A DNA stretch of 64,000 bases, taken from assembly GCA_029559515.1 (NCBI GenBank), contig JAKQBO010000007.1, positions 11,878 to 75,877 on the forward strand, in the 5' to 3' direction. The position numbers and the translations under genes were made by a program. Positions 10,698-18,528 of this stretch are shown piece after piece; position 1 is the stretch's first letter, and each line of letters starts with the position of its first letter. Under the pieces are notes generated by a model that searched no databases, was not told the DNA's origin, and was given only the letters and a program-made list of their open reading frames with translations. The stretch comes from a bacterium. GTDB taxonomy: Bacteria; Patescibacteriota; Minisyncoccia; Minisyncoccales; UBA1441.

Positions 10698-11394
10698 ATC
10701 TCTTTATCAAGACAAATCATTTCATCAACTGGAGAAGTCCCTGGGAGTGTCGTTCCGGAGCAAGTCGAGCTTAATCCAGGCCTTTGTCCATCGTTCTTTT
10801 TTAAACGAACACCCAGATTTTCCTCTGGATAATAACGAGCGATTAGAGTTTTTGGGAGATGCGATCTTGGAGCTACTGGTGACTGAACATCTCTTCCGTC
10901 AGTATCACAATGCTGAAGGAGAGTTGACCCGATGGCGGGCGGCTTTAGTCAACACTAAGACGCTCTCCTCGGTGGCCGAGAAATTCAATTTTTCGAAATA
11001 TCTTTTTCTTTCTCGGGGGGAGGGGAGCCGGTCAGTCAGCCGCAGTCTAATGGCTGATACTCTTGAAGCTTTCATTGGCGCCGCTTATCTAGATCAAGGC
11101 ATGGCTGCGGTTCAGAAGTTTATCGAGCAACATATTCTGATTCTCTTGCCAGGGATTATCGAGTCGGTCTCTTATCTTGATGCCAAGTCAGAGCTACAAG
11201 AATTAATTCAGGCTGGGGGAGAAACAAGTCCAACTTATCGAGTCCTGGAAACCCAGGGACCGGATCATGATAAGCAGTTCAAAGTCGGTGTCTTCTTGGG
11301 CCAGAAAATGATTAGCTCGGGCACTGGTCACTCTAAGCAAGCCGCGGAGCAGATGGCGGCTGAGCAAGCATTAAAATTGTTAAAAAAATCATAA
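10678..11394 (+). CDS. rnc: ribonuclease III
   Basis: [13 protein letters not shown] catalytic signature and a C-terminal dsRBD; start taken at the internal ATG 10678, which overlaps the nusB end. Confidence 0.85.
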   Translation: MTEKQIESLYQDKSFHQLEKSLGVSFRSKSSLIQAFVHRSFLNEHPDFPLDNNERLEFLGDAILELLVTEHLFRQYHNAEGELTRWRAALVNTKTLSSVAEKFNFSKYLFLSRGEGSRSVSRSLMADTLEAFIGAAYLDQGMAAVQKFIEQHILILLPGIIESVSYLDAKSELQELIQAGGETSPTYRVLETQGPDHDKQFKVGVFLGQKMISSGTGHSKQAAEQMAAEQALKLLKKS

Positions 11395-11395
11395 C

Positions 11396-11854
11396 ATGTT
11401 AAAAATTAGGTTTTTTAGAACGGGAAGAAAGAATCATCCCTTTTATCGTATTGTCGTTACAGACAGTCGTCAGGCTCCTCAGGGCGGGCGTTTTTTGGAG
11501 CGGGTGGGCTTCTTTGATCCTTTAACCAAAGAGCAGAAATTAGATGAAGAGCGTATTAAATATTGGCTCGGTGTTGGAGCTCAGCCGTCGCCTCGGGTTC
11601 ACAACTTATTAATCGACGCTAAGGTGATTCAGGGTGATAAGATAGATGTACTTAAGAAGAAGGTTGCTGCCGGCAGTAAAGCGGAGGCAACAGCTCAGCC
11701 GACTGAAAAACCAGCTGCCGAGAAGAAGCCTGAGTCGCAAGAAGCCGATAAGGCTGCTGAGGTGAATTCAGAACCTGCAGGCAATTTGGCTGAAGAGAAA
11801 AAGCCCACAGAAGAGACATCAGAACCGGAAAGAGAAGAAAAAGAAGAGAGTTGA
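11396..11854 (+). CDS. rpsP: 30S ribosomal protein S16 with an acidic/lysine-rich C-terminal tail
   Basis: N-terminal MLKIRFFRTGRKNHPFYRIVV is a conserved S16 sequence. Confidence 0.85.
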   Translation: MLKIRFFRTGRKNHPFYRIVVTDSRQAPQGGRFLERVGFFDPLTKEQKLDEERIKYWLGVGAQPSPRVHNLLIDAKVIQGDKIDVLKKKVAAGSKAEATAQPTEKPAAEKKPESQEADKAAEVNSEPAGNLAEEKKPTEETSEPEREEKEES

Positions 11855-11879
11855 CAGTTTTTATAAATTGCATTAGAAT
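11851..11879 (+). promoter_or_regulatory. sigma70-like promoter for 16S rRNA (TTGACA-17nt-TAGAAT)
   Basis: TTGACA at 11851-11856 (overlapping the rpsP stop codon), a 17-nt spacer, and TAGAAT at 11874-11879, about 65 nt upstream of the 16S 5' end. Confidence 0.55.
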
Positions 11880-11902
11880 TACCAGTGGTTGTTCTTGAAA
11901 AT

Positions 11903-11934
11903 AAAATAGTTAATTATTTAGAGTCGCTTTGAGC
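11903..11934 (+). repeat. 5' arm of the 16S processing-stem inverted repeat
   Basis: aaaatagttaattatttagagtcgctttgagc is a near-perfect reverse complement of 14519-14550. Confidence 0.7.
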
Positions 11935-12704
11935 TTATTCTTTGTTGAGAGTTTGATCCTAGCTCAGGGTGAACGCTGGTGGTGTGGATAAGGCATGCAA
12001 GTCAAGGGGCTCCTTCGGGAGCACCGGCAAACGGGTTAGTAACACGTAGGTAACATGCCCCGTTCATGGAAATAACCCTGAGAAATCAGGGCTAATGTCC
12101 GATAGTCTTGATTGGCCAAATGGCTGATCAAGTAAAGGCTTCGGCCGGAACGGGATTGGCCTGCGTTCTATCAGCTAGTTGGTGGGGTAACGGCTCACCA
12201 AGGCTATGACGGATAGGGGGCATGAGAGTGTGTTCCCCAACAAAAGCACTGAGACACGGGCTTTACTCCTACGGGAGGCAGCAGTCGAGAATCTTCGGCA
12301 ATGGGCGAAAGCCTGACCGAGCGACACCACGTGACTGAAGAAGCTCTGCGGAGTGTAAAGGTCTTTTCACCGGGAAGAATCTTCGGATGACGGTACCGGT
12401 GGAATAAAGGGGGCCTAATTCTGTGCCAGCAGGCGCGGTAATTCAGAACCCCTGAGCGTTACCCGGATTTATTGGGCGTAAAGCGTCTGTAGGCGGCCAG
12501 GAAAGTTTTTGGTTAAAAACCGAGGGCTCAACCTTCGGAGTGCCAAAAATACTACTTGGCTAGAGGCTGTCAGAGGCCAGTGGAACTGATGGTGGAGGGG
12601 TGAAATCCGTCGATATCATCAGGAACGCCAAAGGCGAAGGCAACTGGCTGGGGCAGTCCTGACGCTCAGAGACGAAAGCGTGGGTAGCAAAAAGGATTAG
12701 ATAC

Positions 12705-13712
12705 GTAATTTTCAACCGAGGGTTATCCTTTATCCCGATGAAGTTGAAAGCCTCAAATTATTTTGAGGTCGTCAAGGTGTCCCCCTTAGCGGCAACGCTG
12801 AGGTGAGCATCTAGCTGTATCGGGGAACTCCGTCTTTGACGGACAATCCCGAGGGAAGTCATTTCGCTACTAGGCGAAATTGACCCCGTAGAGACTATGT
12901 AAGTAAGAAGATAGAAGATGAACAATTCATCTTTGTCGTCTCAATGGCGAGAAGTTGTACTAGGTTCTATTTTAGGAGATGGTTCTCTTAAGGTGCAAAA
13001 GGGTGATCATAATGCTCGATTTTCCTTTAAGCACTCTATTCATCAGGAAGAATATTTCCTTTGGAAGGCAAGCCTGCTAAAAGACATTTCTTCCGATAAG
13101 TGTCATTGGCATCAGAAAAAAGATGGATGGGGAGACCAAAAACTAAGATTTCAGAGCCTGGCCCTAGAAGAATTGACCGAGATCTATAATCTCACTCATA
13201 AAAGAGGGAGGCTTAAGATTCGGCGCAAATGGTTAAATCAGTTAACTCCTTTATCTTTAGCTGTTTGGTGGCTAGACGATGGTTCTATTATCGGCAATGG
13301 CCGACGAGGGGTCATCTGCACTGATTCATTCGATTATGAATCACAAAAGATTCTAGCCAGATATTTATTGGTTGTCTGGAAAGTCAAGACACACGTTGGT
13401 CGAGTTTCCAATAAATATCAAGGAACCAATAGAGAATACTATCGTCTCTGGTTCCGTTCGGCAGAAGAACTAAAGAAGTTTCTATGTATTATTCTGCCAT
13501 TTGTTAAAGTTTCTTCTATGTTGCCAAAAGTGTTACTTCTCTATAAAGAGTCGAACTTGCAACAACGCTGGATCTCTGAAGTTGTTCGATTGACTTCTTT
13601 TTCCAAGGCCGAGGTTGAGAAACACCTTAAGCTAAAAAAGGAAAAGTGGTCTTGCTTCAGAGAATGATATAGTCCGATCCTCGTAGTAATACGAGCTTAA
13701 AACTACAATGAC
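12705..13712 (+). mobile_element. intervening sequence (intron-like) in 16S rRNA carrying a homing endonuclease gene
   Basis: The conserved GGATTAGATAC|CCTTGTAGTCC junction (E. coli ~790-800 region) is split by ~1008 nt. Boundaries are +/- a few nt, and intron class cannot be determined by eye. Confidence 0.7.
12918..13667 (+). CDS. double-motif LAGLIDADG homing endonuclease (rRNA-intron encoded)
   Basis: Two LAGLIDADG-like motifs (VLGSILGDGSL and LAVWWLDDGSI) in a 249-aa ORF entirely inside the 16S insertion. Confidence 0.8.
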   Translation: MNNSSLSSQWREVVLGSILGDGSLKVQKGDHNARFSFKHSIHQEEYFLWKASLLKDISSDKCHWHQKKDGWGDQKLRFQSLALEELTEIYNLTHKRGRLKIRRKWLNQLTPLSLAVWWLDDGSIIGNGRRGVICTDSFDYESQKILARYLLVVWKVKTHVGRVSNKYQGTNREYYRLWFRSAEELKKFLCIILPFVKVSSMLPKVLLLYKESNLQQRWISEVVRLTSFSKAEVEKHLKLKKEKWSCFRE

Positions 13713-14458
13713 CCTTGTAGTCCACGCTGTAAACGATGAACACTAGCTATCGGAAGTGTCGACCCTTTCGGTGGCGAAGCTAACGCGTTAAGTGTTCCGC
13801 CTGGGAAGTACGGTCGCAAGACTAAAACTCAAAGGAATAGACGGGGACCCACACAAGCGGTGGATCATGTGGCTTAATTCGACACTAAGCGACGAACCTT
13901 ACCAGGGCTTGACATGCTAGTGAAGCCCGATGAAAGTCGGGTCTACCCGCAAGGGACGCTAGCACAGGTGTTGCATGGTTGTCGTCAGTTCGTGTTTTGA
14001 AATGTACCGTTAAGTCGGATAACGAACGCAACCCCTGTCCTATGTTTCACGTATCATAGGAGACTGCCTCGAACAACGAGGAGGAAGGTGGGGATGACGC
14101 CAAATCAGTATGGCCCTTTGATGCCCTGGGCTGCACACATGATACAATGGGGCTGACAATGCGTTTTGCCACGTCGTAAGACGGAGCTAATCGCCTAAAC
14201 AGCTCCCCAGTTCGGATTGAGGTCTGCAATTCGACCTCATGAAGCCGGAATCGCTAGTAATCGCCGATCAGCCATGCGGCGATGAATATGTTCCTGGGTC
14301 TTGTACTCACTGCCCATCAAGTCAGGAAAGTTAGCAATACCCGTAGTCTCTTCGTTCGAAGGGCCGAAGGTAGGGCTAATGATCAGGACTAAGTTGTAAC
14401 AAGGTACGCGTAGGGGAATCTGCGCGTGGAACAATATTTCTTTCAAGTTTGTCGACTA

Positions 14459-14489
14459 AGATTGAAATCTCAAATTTGGGTTTCAATCT
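14459..14489 (+). other. hairpin immediately 3' of the 16S gene (9-bp stem agattgaaa/tttcaatct)
   Basis: Perfect 9-bp inverted repeat with a 13-nt loop, seen directly in the sequence. Confidence 0.5.
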
Positions 14490-14518
14490 TAAGGTCATAG
14501 CGGTTATCCTTTCTAGTC

Positions 14519-14550
14519 CGCTCTCAAAGCGACTCTAAATAGTTAACTAT
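14519..14550 (+). repeat. 3' arm of the 16S processing-stem inverted repeat
   Basis: gctctcaaagcgactctaaatagttaactatt is the reverse complement of 11903-11934. Confidence 0.7.
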
Positions 14551-14558
14551 TCGATTTA

Positions 14559-14580
14559 TCTCGCTTCTTGCGGGATTTTT
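14559..14580 (+). terminator. putative intrinsic terminator after the 16S rRNA
   Basis: ctcgc-ttctt-gcggg hairpin (one G.U pair) followed by a tttttt run. Confidence 0.4.
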
Positions 14581-14613
14581 TGTGGTTGCTACAATTGATT
14601 AATTAGCTACGCC

Positions 14614-15543
14614 TTGGTGGACTTTGAATTCAATCAATCTAAAGAGGAGTGGGATGGATTTTTGGAGCAGCACGGCGGAACCTTTCTGCAATCTTACGAT
14701 TGGGGGGAGTTTCGAAAGGAATATCAGCGTGTTTGGCGAATAGCTGCCCGGGCCGAAGGCCAGATTAAGGGAGTTTGCCAGGTCATGGAAGAGAAGTCGC
14801 CTTTCGGCCATTACCTTTACATTCCTCACGGACCGATTGCTCCCGATGACAAAACCCGAAATGAACTATTTCGAAAAGCCGGGTCGCTCGTTGACTCTAG
14901 TTGCATTGCCATCAAGGCCGAACCGATTGAGCCACTTTCTCTGGGCTGGAAGAGCCGACATCGGATTCAGCCCCAACAGACCTTGATTTCTGAAATTAAA
15001 GCGACGGAGGAAGATATTTTAAAAGAGTTTGACGGCAAAGCCAGGTACAATGTCCGCCTGGCTCAGCGCCGGGGAGTGACCGTTGAAGAGAGCGACGACC
15101 TGAAGACTTTTTATGACTTAATGAGGCAAACTGCGGCCAGTCAGAATTTTAATACTTATCCTTATGAGTACTTTCAGAACCTGCTGCATTACTTAAACGC
15201 CTCGCTCTTTTTAGCTTATTATCAGCAGCAAGTAGTTGCTGGGACAATCGTCGTTTATTTCGGCCATAAAGTTACTTTCCTCCACTCGGCTTCGAATCAT
15301 AAATTTGGCCACCTCAAAGCCCCCTATTTAATCCGCTTTACAGTGGTGGCCGGAGCCCGGTCTAAGGGCGGCCAGTATTATGACAACTGGGGGATTAGTC
15401 AGCAAAGATTTCCCGGAGTAACTTCTTTTAAAAAAGGATTCGGCGGACAGGAATTTACCTACCCGCCCGGTCGAGAAATATCTTTAAAAAGGTTCCGTTT
15501 TCTGATTTACTATTTTTCTTATTGGTTTTTGAAAAAATATTAA
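14614..15543 (+). CDS. FemABX-family peptidyltransferase (aminoacyl-tRNA-dependent peptidoglycan branch transferase), short form without a coiled-coil
   Basis: Recalled parallels to Staphylococcus FmhB/FemX in both halves: the N-terminal ...GVCQV...YLYIPHGP... region, the NVRLAQRRGVTVEESDDLKTFYDLM motif, and the C-terminal LHSASNHKF / YYDNWG region. Confidence 0.7.
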   Translation: MVDFEFNQSKEEWDGFLEQHGGTFLQSYDWGEFRKEYQRVWRIAARAEGQIKGVCQVMEEKSPFGHYLYIPHGPIAPDDKTRNELFRKAGSLVDSSCIAIKAEPIEPLSLGWKSRHRIQPQQTLISEIKATEEDILKEFDGKARYNVRLAQRRGVTVEESDDLKTFYDLMRQTAASQNFNTYPYEYFQNLLHYLNASLFLAYYQQQVVAGTIVVYFGHKVTFLHSASNHKFGHLKAPYLIRFTVVAGARSKGGQYYDNWGISQQRFPGVTSFKKGFGGQEFTYPPGREISLKRFRFLIYYFSYWFLKKY

Positions 15544-15586
15544 TCTCTTGCGAGATCAAAGAGTTATTGTTACAATTATTTTGCTT

Positions 15587-15658
15587 GGGCGTGTGGCTCA
15601 GTGGTAGAGCGCTTCTCTGATAAAGAAGAGGTCGTAGGTTCAATTCCTACCACGCCCA
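15587..15658 (+). tRNA. tRNA-Ile (anticodon GAU)
   Basis: Cloverleaf folds by eye: 7-bp acceptor gggcgtg/cacgccc, anticodon loop cuGAUaa, T-loop ttcaatt. Confidence 0.85.
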
Positions 15659-15667
15659 CTTTTTTCA

Positions 15668-15740
15668 GGGCCCGTAGCTTAGTTGGCAGAGCGCCACATT
15701 TGCAATGTGGAGGTCGGGAGTTCGAATCTCCCCGGGTCCA
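15668..15740 (+). tRNA. tRNA-Ala (anticodon UGC)
   Basis: Acceptor gggcccg/cgggtcc with the G3:U70 Ala identity pair, anticodon loop ttTGCaa, T-loop ttcgaat. Confidence 0.85.
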
Positions 15741-15800
15741 CAGCAGTTACTCTTCTGATTTACTATAATTGCTCCCCAGAGTTAACTTATAAAATAAATA

Positions 15801-16001
15801 TTGGGGAAGTTTGAATCAACCGAGGTCGCCGTCGGAAATTCAGGCGGGTTTTGCTTTGGCGTTCAAAGAGCCTTTCGGCTGGTTATGGATCAGGCTAATC
15901 GTTGTCAGCCAAGCTATTTTATCGACCATGAGACAGAGCTGAATCCGAATTGGCTAAAAGACAAAAAACGAATAGCTATTGTGGCCGGTGTTCTACTTTA
16001 G
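15801..16001 (+). pseudogene. probable remnant of the N-terminus of IspH/LytB (HMBPP reductase)
   Basis: The 66-aa ORF has GGFCFGVQRAF ... PSYFIDHE ... N ... L ... IAIV, matching (from memory) the IspH N-terminus PRGFCAGVDRAI ... PIYVRHE. It ends after 66 aa with no continuation in any frame. Confidence 0.35.
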
Positions 16002-16097
16002 AAGAAACCGTTGCCAAAGTTGTTTCTAAAATTGATGATTTGACTGATTGATAAATCTCTGCGCGTCTGCTAAAATCACCTTAAGTATCAAATTATC

Positions 16098-16778
16098 ATG
16101 GAGGCTTTAAATTATAACCTAGATAATGTTATTGCCAGCGCCTGGTATAACTTTTTAGACCGGCTACCTTCCTTTTTCTTTATCCTGCTTTTATTCTGTT
16201 TAGGGTGTTTGTTGGCCATCTGGCTAGGACGCCTGACAACCAGGATTTTAAAGAAATTTCACATTGATGATATTTTCCAAAACAACAGCTGGAAAAAGGG
16301 ACTGGAGAAGACAGGCATTAAAATTAATCTTTCCGGAGCCACTGGCTTGATCGTCCGCTGGCTAATGATTGTTTTTTTCTTAGCTTTGGCTGCCGAGGCC
16401 TTGGGTTTAATGGGCGTGGCGGAATTCTTGATGATTGTTGTTCGCTGGCTACCGAACCTGTTGTTAGTTATTCTAATATTTATTATTGCCACTATTTTAG
16501 CTGATGCCGCTGGCAATATTATTCGTGTTTCTATTAACTGGATCGACGCCAGCTATGCCTTTGTTGCTGAAAAATTTGCTCGTTGGACTATTTGGGGGCT
16601 GGCTATTTTAATTGTGCTGAAGCAAATTGGCATTGCCCCCGAAATGATAGTTATTCTGTTTCAGGGATTAATTTTCTTCCTGGTTTTGTCTCTCGGCTTG
16701 GCTTTTGGTTTAGGCGGGAAAGAAATTGCTCAAGATTTTTTATACCGACTGAAGGATAAAATAAAAAAGGAGAAATGA
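16098..16778 (+). CDS. multi-pass membrane protein, unknown function
   Basis: 226 aa with four or more hydrophobic helices and a lysine-rich C-terminus. Confidence 0.45.
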   Translation: MEALNYNLDNVIASAWYNFLDRLPSFFFILLLFCLGCLLAIWLGRLTTRILKKFHIDDIFQNNSWKKGLEKTGIKINLSGATGLIVRWLMIVFFLALAAEALGLMGVAEFLMIVVRWLPNLLLVILIFIIATILADAAGNIIRVSINWIDASYAFVAEKFARWTIWGLAILIVLKQIGIAPEMIVILFQGLIFFLVLSLGLAFGLGGKEIAQDFLYRLKDKIKKEK

Positions 16779-17152
16779 AAAAGATACTTTTAATTGAAGA
16801 CGAAGAACTTTTAGCTAAAATGTATCAAGAAAAATTCGAGCGAGCCGGGTTCAAGATTTTGCTTTCCCGGACAGCCGAAGAGGGGATAGAAGTGGCCAAA
16901 AAAGAGAGACCCGATCTTGTCATTTTGGATATCATTTTGCCCCACAATGACGGCCTGCATTTTTTAAGAAAAATCAGACAAGAAAAATCAGAAATTAAAG
17001 ATATTCCAGTGATTGCCTTTTCTAATTATGATAATCCTGAGACCAGAGGGGAAGCCCATACTCTGGGAGTTAACGAATACATTATTAAAGCTAATCACGA
17101 CCCAGAGGAAATTGTTTCCAAGATTCGCCAATATTTTTCTAATCAAGAATGA
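16775..17152 (+). CDS. stand-alone response-regulator receiver domain (CheY-like)
   Basis: ILLIEDEE ... DLVILDIILP (phospho-acceptor Asp) ... conserved K; 125 aa with no output domain. Confidence 0.7.
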   Translation: MKKILLIEDEELLAKMYQEKFERAGFKILLSRTAEEGIEVAKKERPDLVILDIILPHNDGLHFLRKIRQEKSEIKDIPVIAFSNYDNPETRGEAHTLGVNEYIIKANHDPEEIVSKIRQYFSNQE

Positions 17153-18528
17153 AAAGAACATTAATTGCCGAGACAGCTAACTGCTCCGGCCAGAAAATTA
17201 AACTCAACGGCTGGGTTAACAGCTACCGAGACCACGGCGGAGTTATTTTTATTGACCTCCGGGATCGGAGCGGCATAGTTCAGGTGGTCTGCTCCAAGGA
17301 GTTGCCCCAGATAGAATTAATTCGCCCAGAGTGGGTTTTAGAAGTCATTGGAGAGGTAAAGGACCGGCCGGCTAAAATGGTTAATGAAAAGATAGCTACC
17401 GGCCGAGTAGAAGTTAAGGCGGAGAGCGTAGCTGTTCTTAGTGCCGCTGAGATACCCCCTTTCGACCTAAAAGAAGACGGTTACCAGATCAATGAAGAGA
17501 TCAGGCTAAAGTATCGCTACCTTGATTTAAGACGGCCTCGCTTGCAGCGCAATTTAACCTATCGACATAAAGTCTTCAGTTTGATGCGCCAGATTTTGGA
17601 CGAGCAGGGCTTTCGTGAAGTTGACACTCCCATCTTGGCCCGGTCTACTCCCGAAGGAGCTCGAGATTTTGTTGTTCCGGCTCGCCAATATCCGGGCAGC
17701 TTTTATGCTTTGCCCCAAAGTCCCCAGCAATACAAGCAGATGTTAATGGTTGGAGGCCTGGAGCGCTACTTCCAGATTGCTCGATGCTTTCGTGATGAAG
17801 ATTTTCGGGCTGATCGCCAAGCTGAGTTTCTCCAGCTCGACTTAGAAATGTCGTTTGTCGAACAGGAAGATATTTTATCTTTAATAGAAAATCTTTTTCG
17901 CCAAGTAATTGAAAAAGTTTTTCCAGAAAAGAAAATCCAAAAATTTCCTTTTCCCCGCCTGCCCTATGATCAAGCGATGAAGGAATATAAAAGCGACCGA
18001 CCCGACTTAAGAAAAGATCAAGACCCCCAAGAACTAGCCTTTGCTTTCGTAGTTGATTTTCCTATGTTCGAAAAACAAACCGAAAGAAAGGGCTGGGCAC
18101 CAGTCCACCATCCTTTTACTCGTCCTCAGACCGATAGCATTGATCAGGTTAAGCAAAACCCGGGAGACATAAAGGCCTTCCAGTACGATCTGGTGTTAAA
18201 TGGGTCAGAGATTGGCGGAGGCAGCTTGAGAATCTACCGGCCAGATATGCTTCAGGCAGTGTTTCAAGTTCTGGGACACCAAGATGAAGAAATCAGAAAT
18301 AACTTCGGCCACTTGCTGGAGGCTTTCCAATACGGTGTTCCTCCTCATGGCGGCATCGCCATTGGGCTGGATCGTTTTCTTTCGATCGTTCTTGACGAAA
18401 AGAATATCCGCGAAGTAATTCCTTTTCCTAAAACTGAGGCGGGCCGGGAATTGATGACCGGAGCCCCGGCTCCAATTACGCCGGAACAGTTAAAAGAACT
18501 TAATCTAGAGTTTAAGAAGAAAAAATGA
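17149..18528 (+). CDS. aspS: aspartyl-tRNA synthetase, short form lacking the GAD insertion (likely non-discriminating)
   Basis: Class II motifs (FRDED, QLD.E.SF, GGGS.R); 459 aa versus about 590 aa for the typical bacterial AspRS. Confidence 0.8.
   Translation: MKRTLIAETANCSGQKIKLNGWVNSYRDHGGVIFIDLRDRSGIVQVVCSKELPQIELIRPEWVLEVIGEVKDRPAKMVNEKIATGRVEVKAESVAVLSAAEIPPFDLKEDGYQINEEIRLKYRYLDLRRPRLQRNLTYRHKVFSLMRQILDEQGFREVDTPILARSTPEGARDFVVPARQYPGSFYALPQSPQQYKQMLMVGGLERYFQIARCFRDEDFRADRQAEFLQLDLEMSFVEQEDILSLIENLFRQVIEKVFPEKKIQKFPFPRLPYDQAMKEYKSDRPDLRKDQDPQELAFAFVVDFPMFEKQTERKGWAPVHHPFTRPQTDSIDQVKQNPGDIKAFQYDLVLNGSEIGGGSLRIYRPDMLQAVFQVLGHQDEEIRNNFGHLLEAFQYGVPPHGGIAIGLDRFLSIVLDEKNIREVIPFPKTEAGRELMTGAPAPITPEQLKELNLEFKKKK

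Larger units (their letters stand above)
11942..14445 (+). rRNA. rrs: 16S rRNA gene interrupted by a ~1 kb intervening sequence
   Basis: 5' gagtttgatcctagctcag, 515-region gtgccagcaggcgcggtaat, 3' gtaacaaggta...; exon sequence conserved apart from the insertion after GGATTAGATAC. Ends approximate. Confidence 0.9.

Noticed and set aside
14047-14446. Minus-strand ORFs 14047-14229 and 14237-14446
   Set aside because: They lie entirely inside the 16S rRNA 3' domain and are artefacts of rRNA sequence.
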